From Chthoniobacterales bacterium (lineage in GTDB: Bacteria; Verrucomicrobiota; Verrucomicrobiia; Chthoniobacterales; DASVRZ01): a stretch of DNA of 64,000 bases. Where the stretch lies: assembly GCA_039930045.1 (NCBI GenBank), contig JBDSQB010000012.1:114570-178569 (forward strand). Direction: 5' to 3'. This document shows, piece after piece, positions 21,687 through 29,889 of the stretch (positions within the stretch are counted from its first letter, which is position 1; every line of letters starts with the position of its first letter). Position numbers and translations under genes: made by a program. The notes below the pieces were generated by a model. It saw only the letters and a list, made by a program, of their open reading frames with translations, ran no database searches and was not told the DNA's origin.

Positions 21687-21745
21687 TTCCCAAACTCCAG
21701 TTTGGGAACGCCCTTGTCCCGGCAACTCCGTTGCCTCCCCATTCG
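21687..21745 (+). repeat. REP-like double-hairpin element, copy B
   Basis: Sequence TTTCCCAAACTCCAGTTTGGGAACGCCCTTGTCCCGGCAACTCCGTTGCCTCCCCATTCG. It has the perfect palindrome TCCCAAACT/AGTTTGGGA plus GGCAAC/GTTGCC, in the same orientation as copy A. Confidence 0.75.
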
Positions 21746-21794
21746 CGCATCCATCAGATGGAAACGGAGTCCGAATTGCTTATAAGCTGAACGC

Positions 21795-22012
21795 GGAACG
21801 TCTTTTGGCGGGTCGGGAACGTCTTTTTCCATCTTAGGAACGTCTCCCGGCGGGGAGGGAACGTCCCGGTGGACCTGCGGAACGTCTTTCGGCCCCTCGG
21901 GAACGTCCCGGCGCGCTGCCGGAACGTTGTTCGGCCCACTGGGAACGTCCGCGATGGGCCAGGGAATGTCTCCCGCCACTGATGGAACGTCTTTTTTTGT
22001 ATTCGGAACGTC
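21795..22012 (+). repeat. Array of 11 direct GGAACGTC boxes at an exact 21-bp periodicity (iteron-like or phased protein-binding array)
   Basis: Boxes start at 21795, 21816, 21837, 21858, 21879, 21900, 21921, 21942, 21963, 21984 and 22005. Nine are GGAACGTC, one is GGAACGTT and one is GGAATGTC. The 13-bp spacers are not conserved. The array is intergenic, ending 96 bp upstream of the ATG at 22108. Confidence 0.9.
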
Positions 22013-22107
22013 TTTTTACTCCCAAAAATACATTCCCTCGGCTACAAGCCCTCATCCACACGCACAGTAGACAGATAACCATCTAACTCGGATCAGAAAA
22101 AAAACTC

Positions 22108-23055
22108 ATGGAATACTATCAAGCCTATCAGACTCGCGCCACGCAGACGGTCGCCGTCATCAATCAATACATTTCCACGCTCACCGTCGGTGGGTTTACC
22201 GTCACCGACCTGTCGAACCAATCCACCGCCCTCGATGCGCTGGCCCAGACTCGCGACAACGCCCTCGCCGATTACGACCTGGCCAACAATGCGGAAAATC
22301 AGGGCTTCCTGCTCATCTCCGGGCTTACCCTTTCGCTGCCGCAGTCGGCTGAGGGCGAACTCAGCGACAACATCGAAGCCGAGTCCCCGCTTCTCGATCT
22401 GCTCTCCTCGGCCTACGCCATCAAACCGCGCACCACGGCTCTCGCCCTCGACCGCGGCAAGAAAGTCGTCGCCGCCCTCACCAAGATCAACGCCTACCTC
22501 GCCGCTCTTCCAACCCCACGCGCTCCCATCACCAGCGGAGGCAAAGGCATGGCCGACCTCAGCGCCGCCATGACGGCTCAACCCCAGCTCGAACAAATCG
22601 TGGAAGACCGCGCCGCCGACGTCACTGAAGCCCGTTCCACCCTGCGCAACGCCGCCGTCGCCGTGGACCGTCTGAATAAACGCTTTTACAGCAAGCTCCA
22701 GAGCGAAGCGCGCTCCAATCCAGCCCTCGCCGACGCCCTCGGGCAGATCGTTACCGAAGGCTCGAACCTGCCCGGCACCCTCGGCATCCGCTCCCTCCTG
22801 CAAGGCGGCACGGATAATTTGCACATCCTCCTTTCCTACGAAAACGCATCCTACGATGGCACCGCCACGAGCACCGTGGAATGGCAGATCGTCGGCACGG
22901 ATCAGGATTTCGCCCACAGCGTGGCCGCTGATCCGAGTGGCAATGCCCTGGGGCCATTCGTCGCCGGCCAGACGGTGAAACTGCGCACTCGCGTCTCCAA
23001 CGCCAACGGCACCACGACCGGCAGCGTGCGGACGTTGACCCTCGTCGCGGCGTGA
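22108..23055 (+). CDS. Hypothetical protein: helical N-terminal region plus a C-terminal beta-sandwich (FN3/Ig-like) domain
   Basis: 315 aa with strong coding-type C3 codon bias and no signal peptide or TM helix. The C-terminal ~90 aa (VEWQIVGTDQDF...GQTVKLRTRVSNANGTTTGSVRTLTL) looks FN3-like. I recognise no family. Confidence 0.7.
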   Translation: MEYYQAYQTRATQTVAVINQYISTLTVGGFTVTDLSNQSTALDALAQTRDNALADYDLANNAENQGFLLISGLTLSLPQSAEGELSDNIEAESPLLDLLSSAYAIKPRTTALALDRGKKVVAALTKINAYLAALPTPRAPITSGGKGMADLSAAMTAQPQLEQIVEDRAADVTEARSTLRNAAVAVDRLNKRFYSKLQSEARSNPALADALGQIVTEGSNLPGTLGIRSLLQGGTDNLHILLSYENASYDGTATSTVEWQIVGTDQDFAHSVAADPSGNALGPFVAGQTVKLRTRVSNANGTTTGSVRTLTLVAA

Positions 23056-23116
23056 CCCGTTGCGCGCACCACAGCCGAGCTATCCCGGGACCAGCGCAGA
23101 TGAGGCTGTTTTTTCC

Positions 23117-24583
23117 ATGAACGAAACTTCCTCAGCTTTCACCGGCATCCCGCTTTCCCGGCTGGGGGTGGAGGCGTCGCCATCGGGAGTCGGCCCCCGC
23201 CGTGTCGTCTCGCCGGTGGAATGGGTGGTGGCCGGGATTATTTTACTCGTTACGCTTTTCCTCATTTTCCCGGAGGTGCGGGGGATGGCGACGATGTCGC
23301 TCTACAATGATGAGATTTACACGGTGCAGAAGTTTAGCTCCAAAGGGCCGCGACAGGTGCTGACGGATTATCGCGCTCCGAATAATCACATGTTCTATAA
23401 CTTGGTGAACTCGGTTACGCGCGGGTCTCGCTCCTGTCTGCCGGGGCGGGCGCGGCTATTTTCGTTCCTGTCGGTGGCTGCCATGGTGGTTTTGGTGGGC
23501 CGTTATTTTGTGCAGCAGGGTCGTCCGGTACTGGGGGCGCTGCTGCTCTTCTGGCTTTTTGCCAATCTGACCTATCTGGATGTGATCCTGCAGGCGCGCG
23601 GCTACGGTTTCCTGGCGCTGGGGGCGTCGCTTTGCTGCATGGGCACGCTCCGTTATTTCCAGCGGCAGGCCACGCGCGACATTGTGTTGGTGGCAACGGC
23701 GGTCTGGCTGGCGACGTGGAGTGTGCCGTCGTTTATTTTCTTTGGCGGGCCGCTTCTGCTGCTGGTGACGGGGGTGAGCCGCGACAAACGCTGGCTGTTC
23801 GCCGGAATGATCTGTCTGGTGCTGATCGTGTGTTCGTATTGGGCGGTGCATGTGCAGCTTTTGCACAATGCCGACAATTATGGCGATGAATGGGGCGAGG
23901 CGTTTAAGAGTTGGGAAGGGCTCCACTCTTTTCTGAACAAGTATCTGCTCTTCGGCTGGTTCTGGCACTATTCGTGGGTGACGTTTCTGCTCTTCGCCGC
24001 GTTGATCGCTGGGGCTCAGGCATTGCGGCGGTCCGAAGGAACGGATCTCGCCTCGCTGCTGATCGGGGCCGCTGTGCTGGTGACGTTTCTGATTTGCCTC
24101 AAACTCCGCACGCCGAGTCTGAAGTCGATGTCGTTTATCGTGGTGCCGCTCGCGTTTGTGGCGATGCAGATTCTCCACCGGCTGGTATATCGGGAGGAGG
24201 CCGTGCTGGGGCCGCTGATCGCCCATGGCGCCATGGTGATCGGGGTGATCGCGCTGAGTTGGACGATCTGGAGAGGCTTTACCTACGTGCCGATCGAGAA
24301 CTGGCTGGGCACGGCGCGGAAGATCCAGTCGGAGTTTCCCAAGCAGACGGGCGTTTTGGCTCCGTTCCGTCCTGAACACCTTCGGGCTTATCTGAAGTCG
24401 TCCGATTATCCGAAGGTGACGACATTTAACCGCGAGTCCTTTCTGCGCGGAGAATTGGTGGTGGTGGATTCCTCATTTCGCGACCGCGATAATTGGGATG
24501 TAAAGGTGCTGCCGAAAGGCTTCCGGACATTCGTAATTCCGCAGCAGCGTGGCGGTTACCAACGGATCTACTATTACAGATAA
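23117..24583 (+). CDS. Polytopic membrane protein, possible GT-C fold glycosyltransferase (ArnT/PMT-like)
   Basis: About 488 aa with roughly 10-12 hydrophobic helices. The first extracytoplasmic loop carries an acidic LYNDEIYTV motif, reminiscent of the DE/DxD loop of GT-C enzymes. An alternative TTG start is at 23060. Confidence 0.55.
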   Translation: MNETSSAFTGIPLSRLGVEASPSGVGPRRVVSPVEWVVAGIILLVTLFLIFPEVRGMATMSLYNDEIYTVQKFSSKGPRQVLTDYRAPNNHMFYNLVNSVTRGSRSCLPGRARLFSFLSVAAMVVLVGRYFVQQGRPVLGALLLFWLFANLTYLDVILQARGYGFLALGASLCCMGTLRYFQRQATRDIVLVATAVWLATWSVPSFIFFGGPLLLLVTGVSRDKRWLFAGMICLVLIVCSYWAVHVQLLHNADNYGDEWGEAFKSWEGLHSFLNKYLLFGWFWHYSWVTFLLFAALIAGAQALRRSEGTDLASLLIGAAVLVTFLICLKLRTPSLKSMSFIVVPLAFVAMQILHRLVYREEAVLGPLIAHGAMVIGVIALSWTIWRGFTYVPIENWLGTARKIQSEFPKQTGVLAPFRPEHLRAYLKSSDYPKVTTFNRESFLRGELVVVDSSFRDRDNWDVKVLPKGFRTFVIPQQRGGYQRIYYYR

Positions 24584-24637
24584 GGGCTCTGCAACTCCCC
24601 TCAGAAAAAGACTTGGCGCACTCGGTTTCTCCAGTCG

Positions 24638-25759
24638 ATGCTACGCGCCTCCATGTTCTTCGCTCCCAAATACGTCAAGCAGGCTCACGAAATCGTTAAA
24701 AACGTCACCCGCCTGCTCCATTACAAGCGCGACATTCTTTCCCCGGCGGATCATGCGCGGCTGACGGCCAAAAACCGGGAGTTGCAAGCGGCGGCGCGGG
24801 CACGGGATCGCGCGAAAGTGGACCAGATCACGATGGAACTCGACTCGGAAATCGGCAAAGTCGTCCCGACCCCCTCGAACCAGGCGATCCGGGAGAATTG
24901 CGAGACGTTTCTCGTGGCCATCGTCATCGCGCTGGGCATCCGGGCGTATTTTCTCCAGCCCTTTAAGATTCCCACCGGCTCCATGCAGCCCACACTCAAC
25001 GGCGTCATCGGCAAACCGCTCGCCGGCCCGCTCCCCGCCCTGCCGCAACGCATCTGGGAAACCGTCTGGAACGGGCGGAGTTACGTCGATGTCACGTCGG
25101 ATCTCGACGACACGGTGGTGCAACTCCAGTCGGTGCCGTTTCTCTGGTTTTCCACGTCGAGTGTGATCGTGATGGAGAGCGGGCGGACGTATAAAGTGGG
25201 GTGTCCGCCGCAAAACTTGATCACAGATTTTGGCATTCACGCCGGCAAAGAGGTAAAGGCGGGCCAGCCGTTCGTCCACGGCGTCGTCCAGACCGGCGAC
25301 CAGGTTTTCGTGGATAAATTCACCTATCATTTCCGCGCGCCGAAACGGGCCGATGTCTTCGTTTTCACCACGGATGGCATCCGGGGAATCATGGATGACC
25401 CGCGCAGCGGCGGGTTGACGCAGTTTTACATCAAGCGCCTCGGGGCGCAGCCGGGCGACAACGTGAGGATCGACGCGCCAAATCTTTTCATCAACGGCCA
25501 GATCGCCAGCGAGTGGCCGTTGCAACGCGTGATGTCGGCGCAGAATGGCTATCGCGGTTACGGAAACATCGGGCCGCTTTTGCTGCGTCATGCGGATGAG
25601 ACGTTCGATGTGCCGCCGCGCAGCTATCTCGCCCTCGGCGACAATAGCTACAATTCGAGTGACAGTCGATTCTGGGGCCCGGTGCCGGAGCAAAACGTGG
25701 TGGGCCGTGGGCTGTTTGTGTATTGGCCGTTTGGCCAGCACTTCGGGCTGATTCGGTAG
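24638..25759 (+). CDS. lepB: Signal peptidase I
   Basis: 373 aa with the catalytic Ser box IPTGSMQPTL, the Lys box region and box E (LGDNSYNSSDSRFWGPVPEQNVVGR). Confidence 0.9.
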   Translation: MLRASMFFAPKYVKQAHEIVKNVTRLLHYKRDILSPADHARLTAKNRELQAAARARDRAKVDQITMELDSEIGKVVPTPSNQAIRENCETFLVAIVIALGIRAYFLQPFKIPTGSMQPTLNGVIGKPLAGPLPALPQRIWETVWNGRSYVDVTSDLDDTVVQLQSVPFLWFSTSSVIVMESGRTYKVGCPPQNLITDFGIHAGKEVKAGQPFVHGVVQTGDQVFVDKFTYHFRAPKRADVFVFTTDGIRGIMDDPRSGGLTQFYIKRLGAQPGDNVRIDAPNLFINGQIASEWPLQRVMSAQNGYRGYGNIGPLLLRHADETFDVPPRSYLALGDNSYNSSDSRFWGPVPEQNVVGRGLFVYWPFGQHFGLIR

Positions 25760-25764
25760 TCTTC

Positions 25765-25869
25765 CGGGAGCGCACGCGTCCCGCGTGTTCCAGCGGACGT
25801 CCCGTCCGATGGCGAAACCGGCCCTTTCGCGAGACGCAAAAGGGAACACGCGAACCGCATGCGCTCCCG
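25765..25869. repeat. Long imperfect inverted repeat / structured intergenic element between convergent genes
   Basis: The 27-nt arms at 25765-25791 and 25843-25869 are complementary at 23 of 27 positions. An inner perfect hairpin GCGAAA (25812-25817) / TTTCGC (25825-25830) is also present. Confidence 0.6.
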
Positions 25870-25878
25870 AAAGCCGTT

Positions 25879-27126
25879 CTAGCTAGACTCCAGCATCCAC
25901 TGGATGGCTTTGTCGGCTAGCTTGTCGAAGGCGATCACGGCCTGCACGAGGTGTTCTTCCTTGGTGTCCTCGATTTTATTGTGACTGATCCCGTGCAGGC
26001 TCTGGACGAACATCATCACGGTCGGAATGCCCGCTCGGGAAACTTCCGCCGCGTCGTGCAATGGCCCCGATGGCATCCGATGGGAGACGCCCGCCGTTTC
26101 CTTGATCGCCTCGTCGCAGAGTGCAATGAGACTCGGATGAAACGGCATCGGCGCGATCTGCCAGAGGCGTTCCCAGTGGACTGTGACTCCGCCCTCTTTG
26201 GCAAAGCGTTCGCTTGCCGCCTGAGCCTCGGCCAGCATCGCGGCGAGCGCGGGCGCATCGAGGTGGCGCTGGTCGAGGGTGATCCGGCACGTTTCCACGA
26301 CGCTGGTGACGATCCCCGGCTGCGTCGTGCAACTCCCGATCGTGCAGACGCCGCCATGTTTCTCCGCGATCCGATAAATCTCCGGGCTCATCTGCGCCGC
26401 CGCCAGAAACGCGTCGCGCCGACGGTTCATCGGAGTGGAACCCGAATGCGCCGCCTGTCCGTGAAAGGTGATCGCGTGCCGCTCGACGCCAAACGTCCCG
26501 AGCACAGCGCCGAGCGGCAGATCGAGGTCGAGGAGCACCGGGCCTTGCTCGATGTGGAGTTCGAGATAAGCGGCGGCGTTTTTGAGCTCGCGGCCCGATT
26601 CCTTCACCTTTTCAAAATCAATCCCGTGCCGCGCAATCGCTTCCGGCAGCGGAGTTCCATCCTTATCGACGAGGCCGCGGGCTTCATTCATATCGAGCGA
26701 TCCAGAGCAGGCGGAGGAGCCGAAAAGACTTTTCCCAAAGCGTGCGCCCTCTTCATCCGCCCAATCTACCAGGCGCACCGTGACGGGAAGCGCGTCACCA
26801 TATTCGGCATGGAGCCGCCGCAAAATCTCCACGCCGGCGAGGACATTCAGGCAACCATCGAGCCAGCCGCCATTCGGCACGGAGTCGATGTGACCGCCGA
26901 TGAGCAGCGTCTTTTCCGACGCGCCGCGCAGGGTGCTCCAGAGATTGCCGGCCTCATCCTGATGCAACTCGACTGGCAGCCTGGCGAGTTTTTCCCGGAG
27001 AAACTGCCGCGCCGCGCTCCACACCGGAGTGAAGGCCACACGCTGGGCTCCATTTTCATCGCCGGTGAGCGCCCGAAGTTCTTGGAGTTCGGCAATCGTG
27101 CGCTGCGGATTCACCGGGCTTTTCAT
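25879..27126 (-). CDS. M20 family Zn-dependent amidohydrolase (N-carbamoyl-amino-acid / allantoate amidohydrolase type)
   Basis: The ATG at 27126 gives MKSPVNPQRTIAELQELRALTGDENGAQRVAFT... The block LLIGGHIDSVPNGGWLDGCLNVLAGVE is typical of the AmaB/AllC subfamily. Confidence 0.85.
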   Translation of the reverse strand: MKSPVNPQRTIAELQELRALTGDENGAQRVAFTPVWSAARQFLREKLARLPVELHQDEAGNLWSTLRGASEKTLLIGGHIDSVPNGGWLDGCLNVLAGVEILRRLHAEYGDALPVTVRLVDWADEEGARFGKSLFGSSACSGSLDMNEARGLVDKDGTPLPEAIARHGIDFEKVKESGRELKNAAAYLELHIEQGPVLLDLDLPLGAVLGTFGVERHAITFHGQAAHSGSTPMNRRRDAFLAAAQMSPEIYRIAEKHGGVCTIGSCTTQPGIVTSVVETCRITLDQRHLDAPALAAMLAEAQAASERFAKEGGVTVHWERLWQIAPMPFHPSLIALCDEAIKETAGVSHRMPSGPLHDAAEVSRAGIPTVMMFVQSLHGISHNKIEDTKEEHLVQAVIAFDKLADKAIQWMLESS

Positions 27127-27228
27127 GGCACCAATGCTGCTACATGAGAGGGAAAACTCAACCAATATTTATTTAAATACAATATCGACGAACAGTTGGT
27201 TAGGAGCCAGTCTGTGAGAACAACAAAC

Positions 27229-28932
27229 ATGTTAACCCAGGCTGGAAATGGCAGTAAAAGCGGCGCGCTGAAAACCGATGTCTGCATCATCGGCAGCGGC
27301 CCGGCTGGAATAACGATTGCCCGCGAACTCGCCCGCACGGGTCAGCGCATTTTCATCGTCGAATCGGGCGCGGAAACGGACACGCCGCCCGCCTCGGAAC
27401 TGAATCGCGGCACGGTGGATTCGCCGCAGGGTTACCCTGCTAATGTTTTGCAAGAGGGACGTCGACGGCAGATGGGCGGCTCGGCCAATCTGTGGAATCA
27501 CGAGCCGCGCGGGCAGAAGGATAAATTCATCCGCTGCGTGCCGCTCGACGCGGTCGATTTCGAGGAACGCGACTGGGTGCCGAACAGCGGCTGGCCATTT
27601 TCCAGAGCCGAGTTGGATCCGTATTACGAGCGGGCGCAGCGGGCGTTCGGCATTGGGGCGTTTGATTATTCGTCGAAGGCCTGGCAGGGCAGCGACCCGG
27701 CGGCGCAGGCGCTGGAGTTGGGTGGAATGGAGAGCTCGGTCTCGCAGTTTGGGTTGCCGCGCCACTTTTTGCAGGACGCTTTTGCGGAACTTGGCCAGGC
27801 GAAAAACGTCCGCTTCTTTCTGCAAACCAACCTGCTCAGTCTGGAGCGGGAAGCGACTTCGGGCCGGATCATTTCCGCAGAAGTATCGGACTCGACTGGC
27901 AGCCAGTTTCGGATCCAGGCGGATACGTTTGTCCTTGCAGCGGGCGGACTCGAAAACCCGCGCATCCTGCTGCTGAACGACGCGGCGCAGGCGGGTGGTC
28001 TAGGCAACCAGAACGACATGGTGGGCCGCTGTTTCATGGATCATCCGTCGATCACGCTCGGCACATTGCTCCCGCACTCGGCTGCACTTTTTGACCACGC
28101 CTGCTTCTACGATCAGCGCGTGGTCAATGGCCAGCCGGTGATGGGAAAACTCCAGCTTCGCTCCGACGTGATGCGTCGGGAGAAGCTGCTCAATCTCTAC
28201 TCCGTGCTCGTGCCGCGCTTCCGCGACCTGCATTCCAATCTGCCGTTCATCCTCAAGGAATTGCTCATCAAAGGGCCGCAGTTTCTCTCGCGTCAGCGGC
28301 ACTTGAACGATTGCCATCACACTCCCGATCAGCATCCCGAGGCGGCGTTGCCGATTCGTCAGCGGCTGCTCGAAGGTTATTTTTCCGAGTGCTACTGCGG
28401 CTGGTCGCAACTCGGAAACAAGGCGAAGCGGTTCGGCGATTTCCGCGTGCGCGCATTGGTCGAGCTGGCACCGGACCGCGACAATCGCGTGATGCTCGGC
28501 GAGGAGACGGATCGTTTCGGCCAGCCGAAAATGAAGGTCGTCTGGCGCTGGAACGAACTCGACTTGCGCAGCATTCGACGCACCCAGGAAATCTTTCGAG
28601 ACGAGCTGGCGGCCATCGGGAAATTCACGCCCGTCGAGGAAGGGACGCCGGATTTTCCCCGTTCCTTTTACAGCACGCACCACTTCATGGGCACCACGCG
28701 GATGCACGACGATCCGAGTCAGGGCGTGGTCGATGCGCATTGCCAGTTGCATGGGACAAAGAATCTTTTCATCGCCGGCAGCTCGGTGTTTCCGACCGGC
28801 GGCTGCGCGAACCCGACGCTCACCTTGGTCGCGCTGGCCATTCGTCTGTCGGATCATTTGAAATCCAGAACGGCAGCGATTTCGGTGAAGCCGGGTTTGA
28901 GCGAAGTCATCCCGGTCACGGCCGTTTCCTGA
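27229..28932 (+). CDS. GMC family FAD-dependent oxidoreductase
   Basis: The ATG at 27229 is followed by the FAD-binding motif DVCIIGSGPAGITIARELA, and there is a C-terminal GMC block (HHFMGTTRMH...LFIAGSSVFPTGG). Confidence 0.85.
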   Translation: MLTQAGNGSKSGALKTDVCIIGSGPAGITIARELARTGQRIFIVESGAETDTPPASELNRGTVDSPQGYPANVLQEGRRRQMGGSANLWNHEPRGQKDKFIRCVPLDAVDFEERDWVPNSGWPFSRAELDPYYERAQRAFGIGAFDYSSKAWQGSDPAAQALELGGMESSVSQFGLPRHFLQDAFAELGQAKNVRFFLQTNLLSLEREATSGRIISAEVSDSTGSQFRIQADTFVLAAGGLENPRILLLNDAAQAGGLGNQNDMVGRCFMDHPSITLGTLLPHSAALFDHACFYDQRVVNGQPVMGKLQLRSDVMRREKLLNLYSVLVPRFRDLHSNLPFILKELLIKGPQFLSRQRHLNDCHHTPDQHPEAALPIRQRLLEGYFSECYCGWSQLGNKAKRFGDFRVRALVELAPDRDNRVMLGEETDRFGQPKMKVVWRWNELDLRSIRRTQEIFRDELAAIGKFTPVEEGTPDFPRSFYSTHHFMGTTRMHDDPSQGVVDAHCQLHGTKNLFIAGSSVFPTGGCANPTLTLVALAIRLSDHLKSRTAAISVKPGLSEVIPVTAVS

Positions 28933-28947
28933 GTTGAAGTCGACTCG

Positions 28948-29889
28948 TTAGACCGCTGGCTTTTGCGCTGCCAGAACCTGCGGCAGAAACTCGCCACCGG
29001 CGGGCACGAGCGTGATGTCGGCCTTGCTCGCCACGAGACGCTCCACTTCCAGCACATCGAAGAGCACTTCGGCCACCCGTTTATCCTGGGAGATTTGCTC
29101 CAGCGCGCCGCCGACGATTTGCGGGCGCAATGCCGCGGCCTTGGCAAACTCGATCGCCGCCTGACGTTCCGCCGTGCTGGTGATCACGCTCACTTGGTTG
29201 GCTCCGTCCTGCTTGATCGCCGAGGTGACCTGACGCAGGCGGTTGACGACTTTGCTTTCGATCTGCTTGATCATCTCGAAGTCGCGGAAATGGACTTTGC
29301 GGATATAAACCGAACCCAGCTTGTAGCCCCATTCCTGCGAGGACGCGGTCACTTCCTCACGGACGGTCAGGCTCATTTGGTGGCGGTTTTCCAGCATGTC
29401 GCCGAGTTTCATATTGCTCAGGCAACGCACCGTCGCACTGCTGACATTGGCAGCGAGAGAGCCGCGCGGATTGGCGTTGCGGAACAGATAAGCCACCGGG
29501 TCGCTGACGAACATTTCATACCAGATTCCGATGCCCATCGGGGCGCCTTCCTCGGAGTTCACCGGCTGGCTGCGCAGATACGCCTGGTCGAGACGCAGGT
29601 CGAGGACGTGACATTTCCCCAGCCAATGCACGATGAGCGCGGCGGGTCCGAGCTTGAAAAGCAGGATATGAAATCCCGGCTCGTCGAGGATACCGATGAC
29701 CTTGCCAAAGAGCACGTAAACGTGGGCGCGGCGCTCCTCGATAATGACGTAACCGCCGAGCAAACGCAGCACGGCCAGAAACATCGGCATGGCGATGAAC
29801 ATGCCAAAGAAGGCGACTGCCATCGCAATCAGAAAATAAGAAAAACTATTCACGTTCGACCTCCAGGATGGCGCGTTTGGCGTTGTCAA
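28948..29889 (-). CDS. SPFH / band 7 domain membrane protein
   Basis: 313 aa with an N-terminal TM helix followed by an SPFH core (VYVLFGKV...YIRKVHFRD) and a coiled-coil tail. Confidence 0.8.
   Translation of the reverse strand: MTTPNAPSWRSNVNSFSYFLIAMAVAFFGMFIAMPMFLAVLRLLGGYVIIEERRAHVYVLFGKVIGILDEPGFHILLFKLGPAALIVHWLGKCHVLDLRLDQAYLRSQPVNSEEGAPMGIGIWYEMFVSDPVAYLFRNANPRGSLAANVSSATVRCLSNMKLGDMLENRHQMSLTVREEVTASSQEWGYKLGSVYIRKVHFRDFEMIKQIESKVVNRLRQVTSAIKQDGANQVSVITSTAERQAAIEFAKAAALRPQIVGGALEQISQDKRVAEVLFDVLEVERLVASKADITLVPAGGEFLPQVLAAQKPAV

Noticed and set aside
21656-21979. Minus-strand ORFs across the box array that translate to a heptad ...DVP... repeat (three overlapping frames: 21656..21979, 21754..21939, 21834..22082).
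   Set aside because: All three minus-strand frames are open simply because a stop-free 8-mer recurs every 21 bp (7 codons). Only the 8-mer is conserved, not the other codons. The ORF would also run through the REP element and the upstream gene's end. It is not credible as coding sequence.
21795-22012. Considered whether the periodic array is a CRISPR array.
   Set aside because: The repeats are only 8-9 bp with 13-bp spacers, whereas CRISPR arrays have repeats of ~24-48 bp and spacers of ~26-72 bp. There are no cas genes in the window.
22052-22060. A DnaA-box-like 9-mer TCATCCACA (one mismatch to TTATCCACA) just downstream of the array, raising the idea of an origin.
   Set aside because: It is a single one-mismatch 9-mer, which is expected by chance many times in 64 kb. 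There is no box cluster, no AT-rich unwinding element and no dnaA/dnaN nearby.
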